A stretch of 64,000 nucleotides of DNA from Phenylobacterium sp. (lineage in GTDB: Bacteria > Pseudomonadota > Alphaproteobacteria > Caulobacterales > Caulobacteraceae). The notes beneath the pieces were generated by a model, which worked only from the letters and a program-made list of their open reading frames with translations, was not told where the DNA came from and did no database searches. Below are positions 36,846 to 44,580 of this stretch, piece by piece. Made by a program: the position numbers and the translations under genes. The stretch lies in the NCBI RefSeq assembly GCF_036563385.1, contig NZ_DATCML010000015.1, positions 203,616 to 267,615 of the forward strand. Direction: 5' to 3'. Within the stretch, counting starts at the first letter, position 1, and each line of letters begins with the position of its first letter.

Positions 36846-37847
36846 CTAGTTGTAGGCGACAGTCACATTGAACGTGCCGGTATAGGCGCCGTTCTGGGTG
36901 CTGGCGGAGATCGGGAACGAGCCGCCGACAAAGAAGCTGTAGGTCCCGCTGTTGCCCAGGATCGAACTCAACAGCGGGCTGGCGACCAGGTTGTTGTTGG
37001 TCGTCACCGTCAAAGAGGAGGCGTTTGGACCCGTCATGGGGAAGGTGGCCGGGACGGTGATCGACAAGGTCTGACCGCCCTCGCCAGTGACGGTGTAGCT
37101 CGCACGTTTGGCGATCGGCAGGTTCAGCCAGGCCGTACCGGGCGGGAAGCTCTTGGAAGCGTCTGCGGCCGCCAGCGCGATCGTGCCGCTGCCGCTCGAC
37201 GGCTTTACGATGCGCCCGAACTCCAGGTCACTGTTCTTGGTCAGTGAGATCGAACGGAAGACGGTGGCCACCGCCTCGCCGCTGTCGCCCTGCGAGCCGT
37301 TCGGCGTGTTGGGGGCATCATCCGCCCAGACGTAGAACGACGATTGCGCCGCGCCGGTGGGCGACCCGGAGGTGTCCCCGCCGATCGGGAAGTCCATGCC
37401 CACGTAGAAGGTCTTCGAGCTGTTCTTGCCGATCGGTCCAATGCGGAAGTTGATCGGGTTCGTTCCGGTCGGGGAGACCGTCAACGACGCCGTGCCCATC
37501 GAGACGGTAAAGTTGGTCAGCGTCCCGCCCCGACCCGACGTCGTCCCGGAGCCGATGCGGATGTTGACGCTCTTGGTGTTGCACGCGCCCTCGTTGCCGC
37601 AGCTGATCGTCACCATGGGCCGGGTGCTCCCCGTGCTCACCCGCGCGCCGGAGCCGCTCAACTTGGTCACCGTTCCGGTGCTGGCCGAGATCCGGAAGGT
37701 CGTCGTACCAGAGGCGGCAGAGGCCACCTCGCCGAGGTTGGGACTGCTGGAGGGTACGCCGACGCCATAGGTCTGCGCCCCGGCGGCGCTCGCGGAAAAG
37801 GCGAGAAGCCCGGCAATCAAGAGTTGCGATATACTGGCGCGTCGCAT
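36846..37847 (-). CDS. Two-domain secreted fimbrial tip-like subunit (N-terminal unique domain plus C-terminal DUF4402-like pilin domain)
   Basis: ATG 37847. Signal peptide ending SAAGAQ. The C-terminal half (ISLTKNSDLEFGRIV...ASYTVTGEGGQTLSITVP...GAYTGTFNVTVAYN) parallels the two small subunits. The N-terminal half is unrelated and has a Cys pair (ISCGNEGAC). Confidence 0.65.
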   Translation of the reverse strand: MRRASISQLLIAGLLAFSASAAGAQTYGVGVPSSSPNLGEVASAASGTTTFRISASTGTVTKLSGSGARVSTGSTRPMVTISCGNEGACNTKSVNIRIGSGTTSGRGGTLTNFTVSMGTASLTVSPTGTNPINFRIGPIGKNSSKTFYVGMDFPIGGDTSGSPTGAAQSSFYVWADDAPNTPNGSQGDSGEAVATVFRSISLTKNSDLEFGRIVKPSSGSGTIALAAADASKSFPPGTAWLNLPIAKRASYTVTGEGGQTLSITVPATFPMTGPNASSLTVTTNNNLVASPLLSSILGNSGTYSFFVGGSFPISASTQNGAYTGTFNVTVAYN

Positions 37848-37905
37848 GGTCGTGCTCAATAACACTTTCGGCTGACCGATTGCACCGGAAGATACCGCGG
37901 CAAAG

Positions 37906-40728
37906 TTACTGAGAGTCTTCGCTCTTCTGCTGGCCTGCGGGCTCGGCCGTAGGAGGGGCGGGCATCTCTCCCTCGGACGCTGCGGCCGCGGGGCGGGGAG
38001 CGAACTTCACCTCGGCGTGCACGTCGGGTGCGAAGCCGCCATCGCCCTTGATCTCGATGGTGGGGGTCTCCACCAGCGTCATCCGGAGCCGCCTGGCCTG
38101 GTCGGGATCGAGTTCCAAACGGTACTTGCCGATCGGCAGGTTCTGGAAGTTGGCCGAGCCATCGAACTCGGTATTCGCTTCTGCGGTGTAGCCGTTGTCG
38201 CCGACGAGCCGGACCTGGGCGGCGGACAGCCCAACCAACGTCCCGTCCGGCCGGCGCAGGTTTATGCTGACCAGCACCTCGCCGGTCGGCTTCATGGGGT
38301 AGCGGACGGTGGTGAAGCTGCCGGCCCGGGGTGAGAACTGAATTGTGCTTGGCGGCGCCTGCACCTGGGTGTTTTCGACCTCGTCGAGACCGACGAGAAT
38401 GCGGCTGGTCGGGCCCGCGCCGACGCCGGTGACGAAGGCTCGGCCGTCGGGACCGGTGCGAATCTTGGTCTCGGCGCCTTCCAGCGTGACGTTGGGCACC
38501 GCCACGTCGTCGCTGTCGAAGATGCCGTTTCCGTTCTTGTCCAGGAACGCCTCGAACAACAGGCTGCCGCCGGAGCCGGGGCCGGGCCGCGTCACCTGAT
38601 AGCGCCCAAGGGCGGGGTTATAGCCCAGCCCGAAGTTCAGCTGGGCGCCAAGCCGCCAGCTCTGGTCGGCGTTGTTGTAGTCGCCGTTGATCGACAGGTC
38701 CGCGAACCGCAGTTTGAAGATGCTGGCGGCTGTCAGGTTGAAGCTCGAGACATCGTCCAGCGCCTGGCCCACCCCGAACCGCAGGGCCACGGTCTCGCTG
38801 ATGTCGCGATCCGCGGTGATGGCCAGCGAGCGGGCCCGCAGCTCGGGCAGGATCTCGAAGTCGAGGGTGGAGCGCAGCTGCCACTTGTAGCCCCTGAAGG
38901 TGGAGCCCGCGAAATAGCCGTTCAGCCGCTGGACGGTCTGCTGTGGGGTGATGTTGCGCTCGTACTCCACACCCGCCGAGATCAGGAAGCTCGACGCCGT
39001 CGTGGAGGCGCGCAGCGAGGAGGCGATGTCGATAAGCCCGTCGGCATACTCGTTGCGCAAGGTGCGGACCGACACGGGAACGACCTGGCCGCGGAACTGC
39101 AGGTTGCCGTCGAAGGTGAGTTCGCTACGACGCAGCATGGCGCGGCTGATGTCGGCGCCGGGGCCGTTCTCGTCGAGGAAGCCGCCCTGGAATTCGGCGT
39201 GCCGCAGCACTGTGGACAGGCCAAAGACATTGCCGGCCATGCCCAGCGACACGGCCGAACTGCCGCGGCTGTCGTAGGCGAGGTCGAGTTGGGTGGCGAA
39301 GCCGAAGAGGGAGGTCCGCGCGCCGAGGGTGTAGAGCTGCCGATAGTCGTCGTCGTCCAACGGCAGGTAGGCCGCGGCGCCGGCGATTGTCAGGGTGGAC
39401 GTCAGGCCATAGTTGGCCGAGACAACGGCGCGCAGCCCGCCGCGCCCCGGGTTCACCCGCTCCTCCGGCAGCGGCTTCTGGAGCAGCAGCAGCGGCTCCT
39501 CCTGCTGGACCACCCCCAGCTCGAACGTGGCCTCGCCGCGTCGCAGCACGCCGCCGCCGACGTTGATGATGCGCGTGTTCTCGCTGCGCTCGCCGCGCGG
39601 CCCGTAGGTCACCACCCGGACCACGTTGATGCCCTGGCTCAGCGGCACATTGAGGAATTCGTAGCGCCCCTTGGCGGGCGTGTTCTGGCCACTGCGCAGG
39701 ACGTCGTTGACGTACAGCTCCACGTCGTAGCCAAGCGGAAGTTCGCCGCGCAGGTCGATACGGTTGAAGATGTTCGTCTGGTCGAGCGGGACCGTGGACA
39801 GCATGAAGCCGCGGCCGCCGAGGCTGCGAGGGCCGAGCGACAGACCCGGCGTGAAGACGTCGCCAACGGCGATGGTGCGCGCCTTGAGCGGCCCGAGGAG
39901 CCCCCCGCCTACCGAGCGTCGCTCGAAGACGAAACGGGCGGTGGAGGGGTCCCCGCTCTCGTTCGAGCCGAGATAGCCCTGGAACCCGGTGTACAGCAGG
40001 TCGGCGCCGACGCGGATGTCGTAGCGCAACGGGAAGCGGTTATCGGACTCGATGCCGGCCCCGATGGCCATATCGAAAGCCGGCAGGCTCAACAGCCGGT
40101 AGGGCGTTTCGACCTTGAGAACCTCGTCCTTCTGCTGGAAGCCCTCGAAGTTGTCGCGCTTGCGCGCAAGACGCTGGATCCGGCCCTGGATCGGCAGCAG
40201 CTCCGTGGCGGTGATCTTCAACGCCAGGCTCTCGGGATCGACCTGCAGCGTCAGGGGCAGCAGCCTTTGGAGCGCCGAGGCCCGGATGTAGATCTCGGTG
40301 TCCGTGACCGCCACGTCGCTGGCCGCCAGCGGCACATTGCGCGGACCGTCCTTGGCGGTGCCGGTGGCGAGGTCGACGACCAGGGAGCGGCGGGCTTCGC
40401 CCAGGCGGCCGATGATGCGCCGCTCGCTGGGCAGCACCTCCACGTCCATCTCGAGCAACCGGGTCAGTTCGCCGACCGGGAGGAGTGGGTCTTCCGGCGC
40501 GTCGTAAGCGCTCAGACCATCTGTGAGCGTCAGCTCGTCGAGATCGACCGAGAACAGCAGCAGGGAGGCCGGATCGAGGACCGGCGAGGCGGCGGCAGGT
40601 TGTGCGGCTTCAGGCGGCGCGCTCGCGGCCGGTGCGAGCGGCTCGGCGGCCGCCCCGGGGGAGGCGCGGATGATGGCAAGCGCGGCGGTGGCAGACCACG
40701 CGGCGCACCTACGACGCCTGTTTCGCAA
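37906..40728 (-). CDS. Usher-like outer-membrane assembly protein (940 aa)
   Basis: Signal-like N-terminus. The segment GYDVELYVNDVLRSGQNTPAKGRYEFLNVPLSQGINVVRVVTYGPRGE resembles the usher plug/middle-domain pattern. Long amphipathic beta-strand region. Positioned directly after a PapD-like chaperone. The TTG start at 40728 overlaps the chaperone gene by 20 nt. Confidence 0.6.
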   Translation of the reverse strand: MRNRRRRCAAWSATAALAIIRASPGAAAEPLAPAASAPPEAAQPAAASPVLDPASLLLFSVDLDELTLTDGLSAYDAPEDPLLPVGELTRLLEMDVEVLPSERRIIGRLGEARRSLVVDLATGTAKDGPRNVPLAASDVAVTDTEIYIRASALQRLLPLTLQVDPESLALKITATELLPIQGRIQRLARKRDNFEGFQQKDEVLKVETPYRLLSLPAFDMAIGAGIESDNRFPLRYDIRVGADLLYTGFQGYLGSNESGDPSTARFVFERRSVGGGLLGPLKARTIAVGDVFTPGLSLGPRSLGGRGFMLSTVPLDQTNIFNRIDLRGELPLGYDVELYVNDVLRSGQNTPAKGRYEFLNVPLSQGINVVRVVTYGPRGERSENTRIINVGGGVLRRGEATFELGVVQQEEPLLLLQKPLPEERVNPGRGGLRAVVSANYGLTSTLTIAGAAAYLPLDDDDYRQLYTLGARTSLFGFATQLDLAYDSRGSSAVSLGMAGNVFGLSTVLRHAEFQGGFLDENGPGADISRAMLRRSELTFDGNLQFRGQVVPVSVRTLRNEYADGLIDIASSLRASTTASSFLISAGVEYERNITPQQTVQRLNGYFAGSTFRGYKWQLRSTLDFEILPELRARSLAITADRDISETVALRFGVGQALDDVSSFNLTAASIFKLRFADLSINGDYNNADQSWRLGAQLNFGLGYNPALGRYQVTRPGPGSGGSLLFEAFLDKNGNGIFDSDDVAVPNVTLEGAETKIRTGPDGRAFVTGVGAGPTSRILVGLDEVENTQVQAPPSTIQFSPRAGSFTTVRYPMKPTGEVLVSINLRRPDGTLVGLSAAQVRLVGDNGYTAEANTEFDGSANFQNLPIGKYRLELDPDQARRLRMTLVETPTIEIKGDGGFAPDVHAEVKFAPRPAAAASEGEMPAPPTAEPAGQQKSEDSQ

Positions 40729-41629
40729 GGAGTTTGCCCGGAGATGTGTCGTCGTCGGTGAACGTGACCTCGAGCTTCTCTCCGGCGGCCAGCGGCCTGT
40801 TCAGCGGGATCCGCAGGGTGCGCCGGCCGACCTCCGGGTACACGCCGACGCCGCGGGCGAGGCCGATCACCTCGCTGTTCTTTGCGCCGGTGGGGCGGAT
40901 CTCGATGTTGCCGAACAGCGAGTTGGTCCCAAGTCGGACGATGTCGAACACCGCCACGGCGGTGCGCCGCGGCGTGGTCTGGCCCTGCGGCGTGACTTCG
41001 GCGTACTCAAGGCGCACGTTCTCGATCCCGGCGCGCACGTCGGCGTCGCCGGTGCGGATGATGGCCGGGATGCTGAGGCCGAACACCGAATTGATCTGGA
41101 AGCGGAGCTCGTTGGGGCCGACGCCCGCTGCGGCCTCCGCCGTAAGGCCCGCGTCGCGCGGCGGGATCGTGGTGATGGTCAGGTGGCTGCGGTACTCGGC
41201 CGCCGCGGAGTCCTGCGGATTGGCGCGCAGGCGGATCGTCTGGCCCTGGCCGGGCGCAAGCGTCACCCGCCGGGGCGACACCAGCAGCATGGACGAGGCC
41301 GACTTTACCTGCTCGGCGTAAGGCTTGGCCTCAGGACGGCTCTCGGCGTCGGAGAGCGCGACGATCTGGCCGTCCGGCAGCATGGCGCGGTCCACGAGGC
41401 TGACGTCGAACGTCGCCGCCGCATTGCCCTGGTTATAGATGTAGACCGTCGCGCTCCGCCGGTTGCGGTCGAAGGTCACCCGCTTGGGGGAGATGTTCAG
41501 GTTGGCGCCGACGGTGGTGACATTGGCCGTCACGGCAGGCGTGGCGGGGGCGGCGGGCTGGGCCGGAGCCTGCGGCGCGGCGAGGACCGCAAGGGCGGCG
41601 ATCGCGACGGAGAGGGAGATCCGGCTCAA
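40709..41629 (-). CDS. PapD-like periplasmic fimbrial chaperone
   Basis: The TTG start (41629) overlaps the TGA of the upstream gene (aaTTGAgcc). Signal peptide SRISLSVAIAALAVLAAPQAPA. LNISPKRVTFDRNRRSATVYIYNQGNAAATFDVSLVD matches the PapD_N pattern (x-SP-x-R-V-x-F ... V-x-V-x-N). Two Ig-like halves. The 464-aa ORF in the track was rejected. Confidence 0.65.
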   Translation of the reverse strand: MSRISLSVAIAALAVLAAPQAPAQPAAPATPAVTANVTTVGANLNISPKRVTFDRNRRSATVYIYNQGNAAATFDVSLVDRAMLPDGQIVALSDAESRPEAKPYAEQVKSASSMLLVSPRRVTLAPGQGQTIRLRANPQDSAAAEYRSHLTITTIPPRDAGLTAEAAAGVGPNELRFQINSVFGLSIPAIIRTGDADVRAGIENVRLEYAEVTPQGQTTPRRTAVAVFDIVRLGTNSLFGNIEIRPTGAKNSEVIGLARGVGVYPEVGRRTLRIPLNRPLAAGEKLEVTFTDDDTSPGKLLAKQAS

Positions 41630-42150
41630 TTGTACTGGACCACGACTACCAGCAGGCCCTCGTAGGCGCCCGGCTCCAGCCGATCGGCCGAGGCCAGCGA
41701 CAGCGCGCCCCCGACGTTCACGCTCATGCTGTTGGAGCCCATGACGGCGCCGCCCAGGATCACGCCGCCGTCTTGGAGGCCGTATTCGGCGCGGGTGTTG
41801 GTTCTGACGGTCAAGGCTTCGGTCCCCCCGTTGCGGACGACCGTGAAGCTTTCGGGCACGGCCATCGACAATGCGTCGCCAACCTCGCTCCGAATGGTTA
41901 AGGTGGCGTTGCCTACACCAGCGGTTGTACCACCGGTTCCCGCGGAAGGCACGGTCCCAGCGAATGCGGCATTTGGCGACACCGCCGTGGCCGTAACGCT
42001 GGGGAGCACCATGGGCGTGATGACCTGGATGCTCGCGCTCTGAACGATGCGTCCGCCCACCTTGGCGTCGGCGCGGCTGAGCGCGAAGGCCTGGGCGCAG
42101 CACGCCAGGGCCGCCAGGCCGACACCGATCATGAGGGGGGCGCGGTTCAT
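41626..42150 (-). CDS. Secreted DUF4402-like fimbrial subunit (minor, 174 aa)
   Basis: Signal peptide ending AQAFA. Ser/Thr/Gly/Val-rich beta protein. The C-terminus GAYEGLLVVVVQYN shares the G-x-Y-x-G-x7-Y-N motif with the other two subunits. Confidence 0.65.
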   Translation of the reverse strand: MNRAPLMIGVGLAALACCAQAFALSRADAKVGGRIVQSASIQVITPMVLPSVTATAVSPNAAFAGTVPSAGTGGTTAGVGNATLTIRSEVGDALSMAVPESFTVVRNGGTEALTVRTNTRAEYGLQDGGVILGGAVMGSNSMSVNVGGALSLASADRLEPGAYEGLLVVVVQYN

Positions 42151-42223
42151 GCGTCGAACTTAGCGGTGACGGGTTTACCGAGGCTGAACGGCGCGCGCTC
42201 AGCCCCGGCGAGCCCGTCGTCGC

Positions 42224-42796
42224 TTAGTTGTAGGTGACCGTCAGCGACATGGTCCCGGTGTACGGACCCGGGGTGGTTTCGTTGGTGACGTTGAACGATC
42301 CGCCCGCGTACAGCAGCTGGGTGGCCGCCGTGAACTGGGTGCCCGGAAGGACGCCGGCGGTGCCCGAGAGGCTGCCGCTGTCGACCGAGAAGGCCGGCGT
42401 GAAGGAGATGTTCTGGCCGGAGGCGGAGCCCGAGCCCGTCAGGTTGAACGCCGTAGTCGAGCCGCTGAGGGTGTAGGCGCGGCCGCCGTCACCGGTGATG
42501 GTGAACTGACCGCGGCTGCCCTGGGCCTGCACGAGCGCCGTACCGCCGACAATCGACACCGGGGTGGTGGTGTTGGTCGTGCTCAGCACCACCTGCGAGG
42601 TGGTGGCGGTGTTCGGCCGAGTGATCGTGCCGAAGCTCACGTCGTTGTTCTTCGTGATGGCGATCGGCTGAATGATGCTGGCGCCCACGGTCGCGCTGGC
42701 CGAGGAGGTCGACTGCTGCGCGGCGGCGGTGGTGGCGAGGCTCGCCAGGACGGCGGCGCTGCCGGCGGCGATGAGGAGGTTCCGAAGGGTAGTCAT
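42224..42796 (-). CDS. Secreted DUF4402-like fimbrial subunit (first gene, candidate major subunit, 190 aa)
   Basis: ATG 42796. Signal peptide ending TTAAAQQ. IIQPIAITKNNDVSFGTI...GQFTITGDGGRAYTL...GPYTGTMSLTVTYN fits the DUF4402 pattern as I recall it. First gene of the operon. Confidence 0.7.
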   Translation of the reverse strand: MTTLRNLLIAAGSAAVLASLATTAAAQQSTSSASATVGASIIQPIAITKNNDVSFGTITRPNTATTSQVVLSTTNTTTPVSIVGGTALVQAQGSRGQFTITGDGGRAYTLSGSTTAFNLTGSGSASGQNISFTPAFSVDSGSLSGTAGVLPGTQFTAATQLLYAGGSFNVTNETTPGPYTGTMSLTVTYN

Positions 42797-43417
42797 GTTC
42801 GCCCCTGGCGTGAGAGTTGTCTGTTGAACGCGTGAACTTGTCTTGCTGGAGACTTGCAGGTGTTCGAGGGAGCGCCGCAGCGAGCGGCGAAAACCTTTGT
42901 AACCTTTGGTTGCAGGTCGCCCATTTAACCGACGATTATCCATGGCCCTCTACGGCGGCGGTTGCCCAGTGTCAAGAATGAAGCTCGGCAGTAACCACAA
43001 TAGTGGGGCGTCAAGGTCAAAGTCCCGATCTGGAACACTGTCCCGGACGCCCACCAGCTTTTGCAAGACACGTGCGCACAAGGAGAGGAAGAGCTTTGTC
43101 GCCCTCTTAGTGCCCGCATGTTTTGCGGGCCCGGACGAGAGCCGCCTAATACTTCTGCGCTCAGCTTCGAGTGGCGCCGGAATCGCGCTCGGCAACTCCC
43201 CGGTGTAGAAGTATAGTGAATGGCGTACCGAAGTTCGTCGAATCCTGCTCGCCGCCGACCCAGGGTTGACCGAGGTAGTATTCGGTCCGCGACAATCCGC
43301 CACGCGCAGTTGGATATTCTTGGTGAGCAGGTCAGATCGCGACCCAAATGTGGCGCCGACCTTCGCTGTAACGCCTCGTACGGCCGAGTTTGCTTAACGT
43401 AATGTGAAGCTTGATGG
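42797..43417 (-). promoter_or_regulatory. 620-bp lower-GC non-coding leader/promoter region upstream of the fimbrial operon
   Basis: No convincing ORF in any frame. Hand count of 42961-43160 gives 115/200 G+C, against 67/100 in a fabD sample. Tandem AACCTTTG repeats at 42892-42899 and 42901-42908. Hairpin gcccgca-tgttt-tgcgggc at about 43113-43131. Confidence 0.45.
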
Positions 43418-44497
43418 CTAGGCGGTGGGATCGACGACGATCTTTACGTGGGCTTCCGGATCGCCGAGCGCGTCGAATGCGCCGGCCACCTCGGAGAGGC
43501 TGACGCGACCGGTGACCAGGTGCGAGACATCGACAACGCCCTCGGCCAGCCTGCGCAGCGTCAGGGCGAACTCCTCCGGCGTGTAGCCGAAGACGAAGGT
43601 GAGCTCGATTTCCTTGGTGATGGCGATGGAGGGCTCGATGCGGTCGGTCTCCATGCAGACGCCGGCGACGACGATCTGCGCGCCAGCCGGGGCCGCCTCG
43701 ATCAGATTCTGCAGCACGCCCGGGGCGCCCACGCATTCAAAAACCACAGGACGGGCGAAGCCGCCGCCCATCATGCGGACCATCTGTTGCGCGGCGCGGG
43801 CCTTGGGCACGCCGAAAGCCTCCCAGCGGCCGTGCGGATCTTCCACCGCCGGATCGACGAGGACGTCGGCGCCGAGGCGCTCCGCCGCGGCTCGGCGGCG
43901 GGGCGAGAAGTCCGCGGCGATCACGGGGCCGTGGCCCTGGGCTTTCAGCGCGGCGATAACCGCGAGCCCCACGGGCCCGCAGCCCACCACCAGGCACACG
44001 GACTTGGGCTCGAGCCGCGCCTTGGCCACGGCGTGCAGTCCGACGGCGAAGGGCTCGGTCATCGCCGCGTGATCGGTGGGGAGCCCGTTTGGGACTTCCA
44101 GCAGCATGGCCTCAGAGAGCAGCATGCATTCTGAGAAGCCGCCGGGCAGCCGGTTCGAAAAGCCGAGCATCTCCACGCCCGAGGCGGTCATGGTCACGGG
44201 GATGCTCACCACCCGCGCGCCGGCCTTCAGCCTGCGCGGGGTCCCGGGTCCGAAGTCGAGCACCTCGGCGCAGAACTCATGGCCGAACACCGTGTCGGCC
44301 GAGGGGTCGAAGCCGTTGTCCCCGCCGCCGGCCCGACGGGTCAGCTCGATCATGTGCTCCATGTGGTGCAGCGCATGCAGGTCCGAGCCGCAGATGCCGC
44401 AGGCGAGGGTGCGGACCAGCGCCTGTCCCTCCGCGGGCTGCAGCTCCGGAATCTCGTCGCAGACCAGCCGCTTCTCGCGCCGCACGACCGCTCTCAT
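43418..44497 (-). CDS. Zinc-dependent alcohol dehydrogenase (MDR family)
   Basis: 359 aa. Zinc ligand motifs GICGSDLH and GHEFCAEV. Rossmann motif VVGCGPVGLAV. Confidence 0.88.
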   Translation of the reverse strand: MRAVVRREKRLVCDEIPELQPAEGQALVRTLACGICGSDLHALHHMEHMIELTRRAGGGDNGFDPSADTVFGHEFCAEVLDFGPGTPRRLKAGARVVSIPVTMTASGVEMLGFSNRLPGGFSECMLLSEAMLLEVPNGLPTDHAAMTEPFAVGLHAVAKARLEPKSVCLVVGCGPVGLAVIAALKAQGHGPVIAADFSPRRRAAAERLGADVLVDPAVEDPHGRWEAFGVPKARAAQQMVRMMGGGFARPVVFECVGAPGVLQNLIEAAPAGAQIVVAGVCMETDRIEPSIAITKEIELTFVFGYTPEEFALTLRRLAEGVVDVSHLVTGRVSLSEVAGAFDALGDPEAHVKIVVDPTA

Positions 44498-44580
44498 GGC
44501 GTCCTCCCCGTGTGCTTGCCCACATTAGCCTTATCCCCTAACCCTCGCCGCTCGGATTCTTCAGGCAGGAGCGGGACCCC

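Noticed and set aside
40709-42103. A single 464-aa ORF spanning the chaperone gene and most of the minor subunit gene.
   Set aside because: The N-terminal 158 codons overlap the well-supported DUF4402-like gene (41626-42150) in another frame and translate to Arg/Gly-rich junk. A TTG start at 41629 gives a clean signal peptide and overlaps the upstream TGA.
42925-43347. ORFs of 100-140 aa on both strands within the fimbrial leader (42906-43208 +, 42925-43347 -, 42950-43303 -).
   Set aside because: Translations are Arg/Ser-rich without motifs, and there is no SD or GC3 bias. At most they overlap frame-shifted fragments of a decayed gene.
33988-44580. Prophage, integrative element or IS-mediated origin for the accessory block.
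   Set aside because: No integrase, transposase, tRNA target, phage genes or flanking direct repeats could be seen, so mobility cannot be supported from this window.
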